From positions 7,696,066 to 7,760,065 of the forward strand of contig NW_002060943.1 of NCBI RefSeq assembly GCF_000150275.1: a DNA stretch of 64,000 nt, read 5' to 3'. This document shows, piece by piece, positions 27,929 to 41,870 of the stretch (positions are counted from its first letter, which is position 1; every line of letters begins with the position of its first letter). Position numbers and translations under genes: made by a program. The DNA is from Trichoplax adhaerens. Lineage: Eukaryota; Animalia; Placozoa. The notes beneath the pieces were generated by a model, which worked only from the letters and a program-made list of their open reading frames with translations, ran no database searches and was not told the DNA's origin.

Positions 27929-30545
27929 CCTGAATTATATGGTATTCCGGTGCCTAAAGTGAAATTTTCTTAGTTGCATGACTAATTTATAGCGATAAGG
28001 CGCTTCTAATTCACGAGAGCTATTATAGTAGATCTATTTGTAAATGTTAATGTAGATATTTTACCATAATTAATTAATAACTCACAACGAACTACGTGCA
28101 TTTTATTATTAGCTTGATGATATGTAATGTTATTGTAAACTTTACTGTGCAGAAATGCATAGGTATTGTTATAGTGTAATCGTAACTAGGTACGTAGCTA
28201 CATGCAATTTGATGTTTCGTATATAATGCCTATAGCTGTATTTTTAAGGAGGTGTAAATTTAATAAATCATTACAACTACAGCACATACTCATATCGTTT
28301 CTTGTTTGTCTATCGTTCATTCTATAAGTTACTTTACCATAGCACTTTTGATAAGAAATAACGTTATTACGTGGTTATCTCTACTTTCTAAAACTTTACA
28401 ACGAATAGATATTATATTAAAAGTATTTTGCACTGTACTTCATTCCGGACAGCAATTACAGTTAATTAATTACTTAGCTGCACACCTATTGACAATAGAG
28501 AACTACGCTAACCTGTACCTAAATCTAGTAAACAATCACAGTAACACACTATTTTTTTCGCATACTTAAGCCAGCAGGAAGATGCAATTTACTGCAGTAC
28601 AGTTGTATGATTCATAGCGAAATTTTTGTTGAAATCCTTGTTATTGCAATTCGAAGGTGTTACAAAATTGTTTACTAGCAATACTACAATCGAAGGCTAT
28701 ATAGGAGAGCGTTCGATCAAGATCGCTCTAATTTGGCTAAAAGAACAAGCCGTAGGTACAAAGTGAACATTTAAAAAGGTACATTCACACGATGAATTTT
28801 TTAGAGATTTTTTCGTGAATTACTTTCGGACAGGTAAGTAAGTTCGTTTAATATGGATACTATACTAGTATGCTTGCTTTATGTTTCACCCAACGTTTGA
28901 ATTTTATCTTCTTAGGTCGTCCGATTTATGGACAGTTGGGTGGGGAACATGGCTAATGGTTGCAATCTCACTCGAACATTTTAATCTTATTTTTTCGGTC
29001 GTCCAACTTATGGAGAGTTAGGAGGGCCGGAAAAATAAAATTCAACTACATCCATAGGTATGACTGTTGTACGATAAGCTGTTCTTAGGCTTCCATAGAA
29101 TATGCAATAGCATAATAATTTTCTGTATTTAATTCTTTAGTGATACAATTGCGATGACAGTTTGACGGCTAGCTCATATTGAAAATATCCACTCGAACGC
29201 AGGAAAATTTCCAAATCTGCAATTTCATGCTTTACCTTCAATATCTTCATTATCGATGATGCCGTACTATTTTAAACTGTTTTGACTACACCAATAGCGG
29301 CATACAGTAATGCAGGATGCATTAGAGATTTATATTATCAATACGTGAAAACAGTAGTGGGTTATAATCCCAAGTAAGTTGATGTGCGCGTAATATAAAT
29401 TTATTATTCGTAGGTTAACTGAGATAGGAGTAAATTTTTTCATGTACTGCTTCGCACCAATTATAAAATAGCAACATTGCTACAAACTAGTAATCATCTA
29501 TAAGACAGTTCTTACCAACACCGATATTTATTAGCACCACTCGATGTAAGGTAGACTGTAAAACATTACAGTCAAAACGCTACAATTAGAGTTTTCAGAG
29601 TAACAATGCACTTTTATCGTAAACAATATTCGAAGTATTTAAAGCTACGCGTTGTTTCGTAATAACTAAAATAATGATAGCATATTATAATGAAATTCGT
29701 AATATAGGCCGACATGGCGTATTATTTTTAAGGTTTGCTATACGTTCATATCTGACACTGTATATTTACCACAATTGGCATTATCTATACTCGTTACGAC
29801 ACCAATATTTTAGAATATTCACATAGAATACTTTTAGGTGTAATAATATATTCACCACTTCTCATAGAATAAAAATCCTATCGTTATAAACACTACTTAC
29901 TCATATTTACATAACTTTACGTCCGCGTTATGGCTAAATATATAGTTATATATATGTATCAATATCCCGCAAATAATAATTTCACATAGGGTGAAATCAA
30001 ATAACAAACATTATGACAATAAAACCACATGGCCTAGCATCTATATTGCTATCTGACCAGTTACAATGTACCCCTACAGTAGTCATAGTTGTTCATGGTC
30101 ATGATTAACTTTGAAATTGTGACTGAAATTTACAATACTGTATAAATATCGAGATTTTTAGTAGCTAACGGTACATTGCATTGTTTTAATGTTCGACATT
30201 AAATATATACGAAAAAAGATAATCTAAATCCGAAAATGGTAGATAGCACGAAATATCCCGGAGTCTATCACTAATTTACAAGTATATATTACTCTACCGC
30301 CCAAAAAGACAATTCAAGATTCTTACAAAGGCAATTAGGATTAAAATAAAATAAAAAACTACAATTTTGCAGTAGTAAAACAATACTCTGAGCAGTATTA
30401 CTTCCAATCTAGAGATTTTGTGTAATAGTATAATAGTAATAGTATAGTGATAAAACATAGTACAGAATGATCTAAATATCCAAACGAAAAATTGGGTTTT
30501 CCGTAGCGTAAATCCTGCGCTCTACTAGATTTTTCAATTTAGTAA

Positions 30546-33500
30546 CTATTTTTCAATTTTTTCTTTTGAAGCGACCCATATTGTAGGCCCAGATTCATGA
30601 TTAATAACCGCTTTAACGTTTTCTAACAGATCATCTAAAGTCTCACCTTGCACCATAGCTATTCAAAATAAACATTAAAACAAACAAATATTAACGATTA
30701 CGATCAGGAATTTTATGCGTACCTATTAAATCAATTGAACTACGCACTAGTGAAATATTCCGCGAATTCTTGTTCTGTTTTTTGAGCTCGTTCGAAGGCT
30801 TTTCGAGCTTGATCGGCGGTCATTCGTTTTAATTGTTCTCTAAATTCCAAATAAATGTTCACGTTTATTTAGTCTGTTGCATTAGCATAGCAATGATAAG
30901 TTTAATTATATATAAATTTATCAAAAACAGGCCCTAACAATAATGATTTGGGTGATTTCGGTTTTAAGAAGATAGCCACAGGATCTAATTTTGCAACTTG
31001 TAACCTCTTAATTGCGTAACCGCTAACATCAAGCAAGCAATGTTTACCCTGTAGAACGTAAACAAAATCGAGGTTATATTATCGAGGTCAGTCTCGACGT
31101 CTGATATGCTTCTAATGTAGAATATGCGGATAGATACAGTACATACACCATACCTTGCGGCAAACGTCCTTGACAGCGGTAACTGAAGTTCCATAAAGGT
31201 GCTCATTTAGCTGTCCAGCTTCAATGAAAACATGATTTTGGATATCTTGTTCCATCTCCTGGCGAGACTCAACAAAGTAGTAGTCTTGTCCATGGATTTC
31301 ACCATCACGAGGTGGGCGTGTGGTATCTTTTATAAAAAATAGAATATCTTAGCTTGCTAACCACAAATGCCTATAGAATGCGCAATATATTGTAAATTAC
31401 AGTCCAGTAGATACTAGTAAGCATTTATACCATTTTTTGGTAATTGTTGATCTACACAGTATTTGATTGCTAAGCGTCTAAATAATTTACTGTCAAGGTG
31501 ATGCCTCTTTCCACAATCTGTAATTACTGTTTATTTTATTAAATATCTTACGAGGTACACAGGTTGTTATTCGATCTGAAAGTTCCACTAATAAATCATC
31601 GCTTATTCGATCCTTGCAAGGTCCAAGCAAAACAATAGGTCTACCAGCGGTGACTAGTATTTTAAAAAAATATAATTTTTGTATCTTAATGGCATATTGA
31701 CAGTAAATCATGAATAATCTAAGAAAGTGATGACTTAAATATTCTGTATTTACTTTCTTTTTGTATCACAGGTTCATAAGAGAGAATAACATGGCTTGCA
31801 AGTTCTAAAAATAAAAAACAATGGTGATATTTTATGGCGTTAATTTTGATATTGTACAATAGCTATAATATCAGCAATTTAAATTGTACTATTGCAATTC
31901 ATAAGCATAACTTACTGTCATCTTCTTCGGCATTTATTGTTTCAGATGATCTATTTTTTCGATTGAATAGAGGCATCCTTTTGATATAGCTCATACTTTT
32001 ATTTCGTTTTACTGACACCAATGATACCTGATATTTACATCGTTAATACAATTCATTAATTGTACGAAAGCTAAACATGGTTAGCTAATAGCAAATGGTA
32101 TGACGTAATAAAATGCTACCCTGCGATCACTCGATTCGTCTAATCCGGAAGATTTACGAAATTTAACACTTTTCAATCGAGACTGTTCTTTCCTTTCAAC
32201 CCTCTTCTTGCTAGGTATTATTCCACGTCCTTCTTCAGAACTGTTCCAGTTAACTAAGCTTGCTTGCCACCATTCATCATCGCTAGCGTTCGTAATATGT
32301 AAGATATCGCCAAAGTTGAAACTTAATCCTTGGCTTGGTAATCCAGAATCATTGTTCTTATCATAGCTAATTAATGCCCTAAAAATATGGATTAATCATT
32401 AATGTTTTAACATGCTGTTGATAACATATTACTTTTCGATAATCCTGCTCATCAATTGTCAATACTTTTGCATTCAACGCTCAATATCTTTCTTACCGAA
32501 CATATAAACTTTTCTTCGTTGGTGCCTTTAAACTAAGTGTACTGGCACTAGCGGTAGGATTTAACATTAGCTCACGTATTGTGGCAATATTCGATTTAAG
32601 GCGGCCAAAGCCTGTAATGAAATGTTAAAAATGAAGACTTGAAGGTAGCAGTAGAGAGCTACCGTTTGTTAATAAGCTAGTGGTCCGAAATTTACCTTCC
32701 GGATCGTGCACCACAGCCAAATTTACCGGTGATTTAGCTTTCTTGATAATTTCAACAGCTTCATCGTGGTTTGCTTCTGATAAATCAGCACTGTTTACCT
32801 GTACACATACGTATGCAAGTTTTATTGAAGAATAATACTAAATATGGATAAATGCTATCCATGTTTACATGTAATTAAAATAACAGTATAATTCGTTACT
32901 GATTCTGATAATTTTTGTGTTGTATTCAAATGGATCTAGATGAGCGTCATTAGCTAGATTTTAATATTTATATTTAGTTTATGCACACTATATATTTATG
33001 ATTTAATAGCATTTACCAGATGGGAAAAACGAAGGATCATAGAGTACTTATACTGAAGTGCGTTACCTTGAGTAATCATATGTATAATAATATTCTTATG
33101 TAGGTATATTATATAAAATGTTGGCGATAATTAAAAGATTAAAGAAAACTTGTTATAAGAAATACTTTTGGGTAACAGATATATACTAAGGCGTCAGGTG
33201 AATTATATAATTAGTCTAAGAAACGAGCTCCGCTGACCCGTGACATTCCTATTCATTGTTATGTGAAAGTCATATCATAAATACATAGACTGTATATGTG
33301 TATATTCGCTTTGCAAGCTTAATGGTGTATTATATTTCATACTGTATTGATTTTAAAAATAGTATAATGCAAGCTATATACAATCACAGCTTTGATTATA
33401 GGCTATAATTAACGCTAGACTGATATCAATAATATTTGTATTACTTATCAAAACTCATCACATAAGTTTATGACTTGCATCCGTAAATGCTAGATATGGA

Positions 33501-36500
33501 GCAGCACTGCTTAATATAAAGTATGAACAACAATGGCTGCTATGTATCAGTATTACCTGCAATATCTTATCACCAGGTTGCAGACGACCATCTTCTTCTG
33601 CTGGTCCTCCGTAAGATATAAACGAGACGTAGATACCTTGTGCATTATCACCTCCCACAATATTAAATCCTAGACCAGATGGCCGTCGGTTTAATGTTAT
33701 TCGTCGTGATTGACTACGCGAGTGCATGCATAACAGTTAGTTGAGTTTAAAATTAATAGTTACATTGAAATTGAACGAATTACTACGCCAAATTGTTTAG
33801 AAAGCTAATGTAAGATTAGACTCATGACTGTTACTATAGCATGTTTTTCGCTTAATGATCGAGTAGGTGTAAGTTCCATAGCGGTACAATTTCGTTTCAT
33901 AAATGCGAGGACCTCTACTAATAACTGCTAAGTGTCAAAATTTGGTTGCAAATAGCAAGTATATCTATCGTACCTATTATCATCAGCTGACGAAGATGAT
34001 TGTAGCGCTGCCGCTATCTCAGTCGACTCTGGTGGTGATGATGAAGGGGCAGTTTGAGTTTGTTCCTGTATTTTCTTATCTTGTTTTTTGTCTCTTGAAC
34101 CTACAGTAAGTTAGCATGAAATTACTTTAACTCTTTTTTCGGTATTATGAATTTTATCAACTAAGACTTTAGCTAAACAGCAATTTCTAGGTAAGAATTT
34201 GTAACATCTCGTAAAGTAAGGCAATTGCTATGATATCATTAGTGCTGGAGAGGAAAAAAATACGGTACATAAGAACAAAAGCAACGAACTTCATGCAAGA
34301 CTGCTGTAGAACTCCTTTTTGACTCTCGTGGGGAATGAGTATGAATGGAAAGAAGGAAGGAGTAATTGAAATAAATATTAAAAATTATTACTCCAGAGAA
34401 GAAAGAATTCCTGATCCTTTTCCGTGGTAAATAAAAGTACTTTATTTATCTTTTATTACTTATTACATAGTTGATAATAAGCACACCGCAAGGCTAAAAA
34501 TCCACTATTACAGAATTTAGTAGTAAACTTCCGACACTAAAAATATTTACGAAGAAAAAAGTAATATCACAATCGCTTATCGGGTACATAAAATTCTATG
34601 TGAGACGATACGTATGTCATGAGCACACCATGTTTAAGGGTTAGAGTTAAAAAAAACATTAAAATTTTGCCTGTTTCAATATATATTAGAGCCAAACCAA
34701 AGGAGTCTAGCAGTGCTACATGAAATGTTGCTCTTCATAAAATAACTTATGAACTACCTGAGCCATCCTTGCGTGGGCGTGGCTTAACAACTACTAAAGA
34801 AACAACGTCAGCAGTTTCTTTTAATATAGCAACAGCCTCTTCGTGGGTTACATTTTCCAAAGATAGTGTGTTAACCTAAATTAACCAATTCAGCAACAAT
34901 TAATGAACGCAGTTACAATAAATGAATTCCTATCAATAAGGCTATCTTGACAATTTCATTTGTGTCTATTATTAGATACAGTAATCAATCTGAAAGAGTA
35001 AGTTGTAATTTACCTTGGTAATACGATCACCGACTTCTAGGCGACCATCTTGAAAGGCAGCACCACCCTCGATGATTTTAGTAACGAAGATACCATTATC
35101 GTTTATGATATGTTGGTTACCGACTCCACCGGCAATACTGAAACCGAGACCTTGTACAAGAATAGAATTCATTTTTTCAAATTGATCGATAGTTTTAAGC
35201 CTGTATTGGTACCTAAGCAATAGTATAGACCTCGATTATATGGCTTACCTTTATCCTCTTTATGAAGAACAATGTTCATCAGTTGTGATGCATCATAGTC
35301 CTTTACAGGGAATCGCTTAACTCTCTATTGAAGTATAATTATTTATATACGTATTATCTATTACTGATTTTCAGTATTAGCCTAGCTAGATTCAATTGGA
35401 ATATACAAACTTTATTACCAGTAGTAAGTACTAACCAATTTAACTTCGCTACCGGCTGACTTCAAAGCATCAACACAAACTTGATGGGCAACATCTTCCA
35501 TAAGTTGATCATCAACAGCAACGATCGTATCATAAACTCTAAAATGATGAACGTCAAGTTTTGTTGTAACTATTTGTAATAGATCTTTTCCCATTGATAT
35601 TTTTGATGTCTTACAAAATTTGACTTACTTAAGTCTTCCGTCAGCTTCAGCAGCGCCACCAGGAATAACTTTGGTGATATATATGCTTGTATCGTTGTCA
35701 AAGTGAGGATTATCGGTACCACCAGCGATGCTAAAGCCCAAACCGGAGGAGCCCTAACAAAGATATTATTGTGATGTTAAGGGAAGATTCAATTTTCAAT
35801 CTATCTCACTTTTTTAACTTACCCTCAATAGTACTATATCTAGGTATTGCACTTCGTTAACGGCACCATAGTCAAACTATAAAAAATTATGATTATCAGA
35901 TCGGTATGTATATATTCGATAAATATTAGCTAATTTAAAATTAAAAATTTGTATACTTACATCTCCAATATCTTGGTTATTTGCTTCCTATTCAGAATAT
36001 ATATATATATATATAGATTTATTACGATGAAGATAGACTACAGATATAAAGTAGAAAATTGTAATTGTTAGGTATGATTTTTCGACCTTTTCTTCTTCCT
36101 CTTGTTCATCTTGTGGAGGTTCTCCTTTCTCCAAAACGTAAGCATAATAGTCGCGGACATCTATATATACAATAGTACAAGGTTGTAGCGTTACATAGAC
36201 ACGACACTAAATGTGGATTCATTGAAACTAACTATTCGTAGTAGATTAACGACAATGTTCGCGATCGAATTGCAATCTGTCGTTAATGTAGTTTATAGTA
36301 CTACGTGTGACCTCATTGTTCTAGTGAGGCTTCTATCAGTTTTTGAGAATCATTGACAAATGTTATGTAAAACATTAGATAGTACATTACTATAGTGATG
36401 ACTACTATCATCATGGTGTACGTACAGCATAGTACTGTTTTCATATCATCTTACTTATCCAATGTATCGGTTGCATCCAGCATGTTAATATATACTTGAT

Positions 36501-39500
36501 GACCGATATGATTTTTTTGGGCGTTATCAAAACACTGTACTGTATAGTAGGTGTACTGGTGAATCAATATATTGTCTATTGTACAGTATTGTACTTTAAT
36601 CAACCAATTTGGTCATTCTAAATCAAGGCTTAACTACTACCATCTATCACAGATGCATCTTGTCACATAAAAGTAAATAGATGGGAAACTATGCCTAACG
36701 TCTGGCTATTCCATTCGATCGATGTTGTCGCAAAAATTGGAACGCTGACGGTACGTCATTATACTGTACAGTTGCACCTGTCGATGGTTTGGGTTGTTGC
36801 ATCACTGCGGCATTTAGACAGTATTAGCCATTATATATGGAGTAAAATTGCAATCATCAGTACAGATAGTAGTATAACTACAGTGTTTACGCTACTTTCC
36901 ATTTCAAAACATATCTAGAGTTTACCATCTGGTACACCCAAAACTTTTTTTTGACGACTTCCAGTACTGTACTGTACTATCTCGATCAATATTGAGGTGC
37001 GTTGGTGTAGATGGGCGTGGACCGGTCCAACCCTATACTGTATTCAATGACGGTATGATATTACTTGTGGGGCCCCTTGCTACAGTATACAGGCTGCACT
37101 CTGGCGTAGCGGCGCCTATTCTCATCCAAGACAAAACACTGCCGCTGTGTTGAGAGTGACCCGGACGGGCCACGATCGCCACAGCAATTCAAAATTAACA
37201 TCGATTGTCTTATTGTCGGCTCGTCAGACAAGTGACGTAATACAATACAGTACACAATGCAATTCACTGTACGATACCGCTTCCAGGGATTGTACTGTAC
37301 AGTATGTGTCAGTTATTATTATTATTATTATTATAATGATCAAAGCAGTTCATTAATTTATACAGTACGTATTGTACGCGCCAAGGTGAAGGCACCACTC
37401 GGCTGACCTGGAAAAACGCCGACACGCAAAATGACACTTGAACTACTGTATGGCGCACAACACTCTGCAACATGTGACTACGCACTGTAGAGTGACACAA
37501 CAGTTGCACATACGTACAGTACTGTCAATCTCTTCATTGTCCGTAAAATCTTCTTTGCAGTACAGCGTGATTCGCTTCTTTTTCGCCATTTTAGCATCGA
37601 AAATCAATATTATCCTCGTACAGTAAATATCGCTTGAGAGGTAATTCGGCAATTAATTCCCAATATTCACCCAATTAATAGTTACTTGTTTTTGTACAAA
37701 TAAAATGAATGACACCGTAGTACAGTACTAGAGGCATGCTCGGTAAAGGGTAAACTAACCAAGGATTAAGCTCGATTGAATCAGTTATAGAGAAAAATGA
37801 AAAATTATCGAGCATAAAATTGGCCAGCATGGACACTACTAAAAATTATGCTTAGATCATTCATATACAGTTGTTGATGGCAATACAAAAGACCAGTAAA
37901 TCAACGGCATTATACGATGGTTAAAATACTCATTACTGTAACTTCATATTCAGTAGCATCGCCGTAAAACTCTTTTACAGTTCGCTATTGTAACTGAACC
38001 TTGACTGTCTTATGAGACTACAGAATTAATTAGCAACAAGATACAATTAAGCAAGGAGATCTGTAATCGACTACTTTATGGTACTGTGTACCTTCTACGG
38101 AGTATGTATTGCATTTTTCAATTGAAGCGGTGATCCAAAACTACTAAGCGGATGAATTTAAGATGGGCAATGATTTCATGGATAAAATAAGAAAAGAATT
38201 CAAGACTGGATCAATTGTCATAACGAGTCATTAGCGATGAGTGAGTTAGAGTCATGAGTACATTGATAGCTAAATAATCTGGGTCTGTTAATCCCAACTC
38301 TCAAGCATAGCAGGGTTGACTTTTTTTAGTAATCCCTAGCTGTACTAAAATTACAAGTAAAAAGGATCGCTTCTGAAAAAAAAAAAACCTGTACAAAACG
38401 TACTTAGTAGGCAGTCTTGAGGCTAGCAGAGTTACGGTATAAAGTATGATGCAGTCTTCCTTTGTCATTATCACCGAAGGCGGTACAGCAATGCAAGGTG
38501 TAATGGTGTTAAAAAGCATACTCATGTTGATCCTTTTTTAACTTTGTTAGTTAATCACTAATCATGCCTACGATAGCAAAAGATGGATGGATGGATCAAG
38601 GCAGAGTATGGTATAGGACAATCCTGTATGCCTACAGATACAGTATTGAATTGTAGACGTTTTCAGTCATAGTCAAGCATATATGTATACCTTGCTTTCT
38701 CGCCGAGTAATACAGTGTCCTCTACAATTTTGGACAAATCGATAGAATTGTCTTTAAAAGTGAGGACTACTTTTCATTCGTGTACAATATCATGTAAGTC
38801 AATAATAATGATGACTCTTGGTATCTTATAAAGAATCATAATGTCGTCTTTTTGTAACTACTGCTTGGCTGCCATCAATCATGACCTTATTCGTTAAATT
38901 CATTCCGATTGAGTGATGTAGCAAGCGATACACAAGAAAAACGTGAAATACTTGGAGCTGACATGTTTCATAATAATATTGACTCTTATTAAGAAGATCA
39001 AATAGAGATCTAGAAAAATTGACGTCTTATAGTAGATATCACCGATTAAGGCAGGTTACACAACGAAAGTAGTGAGTAGAAGGAGAAGGTGTAACGGTCA
39101 AGTTAATGCGTACTAAAACGTAAAATTAGAAAGAGTTCAACCTTGCTATACTACTACTAGACTACTAGTACAGGTTGTACTATGAAATTGCGAGCAAATT
39201 GTCTGTGTCGGATCAGTTGTTTTAGTGGTTGTAAGCAATAATGATAATTAATTTTTGGTTGCTTTGTTAGATGTCTAATCATCTCATCATGATACCGCAT
39301 AACGGAACATCAAGCATACCAATGGTGAACTCACTTACCGATTAAAGCACTGAAAAGATCGCTACGAAAGACTTGACTCAAACGGGAAATGGATTCTTTA
39401 ATGGTGTCTTGCTCTTCATCATCTAAGCTTTCCTTATATTGCTCGAGTACATTTGCTGCTGCGAGCATCACAGAATCTGCAAGAACATAATATCAATTAT

Positions 39501-40158
39501 AATTGTTAGCATTGAGATGGTTTTGGACACAAATCAACACAGACTACCCCCTTACGGTACAGCGTTTGCAGTAAAAGAAAATAATTGGCGATTTGTAGGC
39601 ACTGTACTGTACATTTTTCTACGCATTGTTTTTACTACGTCCACCCTACTTAACTAACGGAACCAATCAATGCGGTAGCAGCAATATCGTGCTAAAGTGA
39701 TTTGAATACAGGCTTGACTGTACTAGCTGCAATCATTTTGGACTCCAGATACACATATGATAAGTGGTAATGTAAGTACCAATCCATACACCTGGCGATA
39801 AACCTACTGTAGGTCGGTTTAAAATTGAGATTGCAACAGTAAAATTGACTTAAGAGGCTAACGTTCTCTTACCAATGGCGGTATCCATTACATGTGGATA
39901 CAAACACGATTATGTAAAGTATGTAGTTGTGCAACGTGTAACACCGTTTCATTTCAAGTAAGTTACGACTAAAGAAGAATTTTTCATGAATGGTAATGAT
40001 ATCAAAGTTATAGGGTTATGCGTGATATATTAAGTAGAGAGAAAAAAAAATGACCATGAAAAAGTTTTACAAGGAAAGCCACCGTAAGTACCACCCTAAA
40101 AGTGGCTAAAACAATTATTGATTACCGTAATAGTTTCACACCCACCTTTAACTGGCAT
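30546..40158 (-). CDS. dlg1: Discs large MAGUK (L27-PDZ1-PDZ2-PDZ3-SH3-HOOK-GK)
   Basis: Start exon 40158-40146 MPVK; L27 exon 39476-39339; exon 36160-36087 DVRDYY; PDZ motifs GLGFSIAGG and GLGFNIVGG; SH3 [15 protein letters not shown]; [25 protein letters not shown]; ends [11 protein letters not shown]. Confidence 0.95.
36535..37730. promoter_or_regulatory. Intronic promoter/enhancer-like island inside dlg
   Basis: GC/CpG-rich relative to the flanks, Sp/KLF-type GGGCGTGG near 37013, dense CAGTA/TACTG arrays like those at gene starts. Confidence 0.4.
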
Positions 40159-40874
40159 GGCGTTGCTGTTGGATTCGAAGATGAACAGGAAAACTGCAAG
40201 ACAGGTGTTAATAAAGCAACGTTAAATTAAGGAAATTTTGCCTTAATGATTAAAACAATAATAAGGCTAAAAGCGACAATATACTTGAACTAGATTCAAG
40301 ATGGTAGGCTTCCGGTAATAGTTAGCACAAAGTTTTTTGTTGAGTTGTATAGTAAATACGATAGACGAGTACAGTATTTTTCCATGTTGGCTAGTACAGT
40401 AATAGGATGTAGTGTGCTCAACTTCTAGCGTAGTCAGTGATGTCAAAACTACAGTAGACTACATCGAATACAATAGTTGGACAGTAAGTGGTACAGATTG
40501 ATTCATTTCAAATGTATATGATGATCGCCGAGGCTTATGCCTCTCCTTTTTGAATGATTGACGATGAGTGAAAAATAAATCGTCCAGCAAGAGCCAAGGA
40601 TAGCAAGTTTGTTACCCATGGTCAATTGTTGTACCACCTACGGCCAAAAGCCACAACGCTATCATTTGTACCACCTTAGCGTCATGAAATAACTGTACAT
40701 GGACAAGTCAAAGTACGCGTCGAACTAGTTGACGGCATCATAGCACTAATCTACATCCTTTAGCATGTCTATTTTATCTTGGAAATAGCCTACGTACAGT
40801 CATGATAATATTGTAGCGACTTGATGGTATAAAATGATGTTTTAATGTACAACCAATGCCACTAGTTTACTCAC

Positions 40875-41870
40875 CTTCCTTTTTACAGCTACGTTCCCGT
40901 AAAATAGCGAGGTGAAAGCTTTTCGTAAGGGTTTTACAGCCCCAAGCTGTTCGTAGCTGCGTTAGCGGCCTATGGTCAGCCAATCAAATTGACTGATGTT
41001 CTATTTGATATACGTGATTGGTCATCAGTCTTCAACAACAGATTTACATTGCAAACACGACAATGACAATAAAGTACATCCAGTACAGTGTACAGTACCT
41101 ACAGTACAGTACTGTACTGTAATGTAAGACGACGACGCAATGTGTGTCTTGTGGCGAAGAAAAGAATGCACATACTGTACTGTCTAGTCCGTCTTAACAG
41201 AACTATTGTATCTAGTGGTTGATGTAGTACTGTACAGTACGGTACGGTACGCTAGCATACAAAAGGCGTAGAGTACTGCCGTACAGGCAATGGACTGTGG
41301 CTGTGCAGTGTGTACTGTACTGTACTGTACACTGTACAGTATGACCACTCTTGCCTACAGTACAGTATACTGTACAATACTGTACAGTACTGCAAAAGAA
41401 AGTTGAAATCCTGTGGGAGACTCGCGCAGTTGCGCAGACGTATCTTTTTTGGGGGCACCGGTACAGTACAGGACAGGACTCAATGGCTACAGTACGTGTA
41501 CTGTAATTTGAAGTGAATTAAAGTGCAGCACGTACAGTACTGTACTGTACACTGTACATTGTGCACCACACCAGTGCTCTATACAATCCTATTGTTAATT
41601 CAGTACTGAATGGCTAATTTGTTCAACTGCAGCTACACGAGTACGTGTACAGTACAGGACTGAATGGCTAATCTGAAGTTCAACTGCAGCACGTACTGTA
41701 CACTGAACAGCTAATTGGAAGTTCAACTGCAGAAACTGCGCGATACACCCGCGTCAGCCGACCATGGATTTCGCTAGAAGAAAACCAAAGCTTTACTACT
41801 CTACAGTACTATACACTGTACAGTACAGTGTACAGTAGAAACGAACCTTGTCGGTGAAGTACTGTAGACC
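40875..41870 (-). promoter_or_regulatory. dlg 5'-UTR exon and promoter region
   Basis: Minus-strand donor G|GTGAGT at 40875/40874; CCAAT boxes near 40980 and 41017; large TACAGTA cluster 41080-41870. Confidence 0.5.
41474..41732. repeat. Four diverged copies of a ~35-bp unit ACTGAATGGCTAATYTGAAGTTCAACTGCAG
   Basis: Copies near 41474, 41605, 41655 and 41702; the first is interrupted at its TA by 16 extra nt. Confidence 0.8.

Noticed and set aside
37443-37652. Cys-rich [18 protein letters not shown] as a palmitoylated alpha-type Dlg N-terminus
   Set aside because: It ends in a stop with no credible phase-compatible donor to exon 36160.
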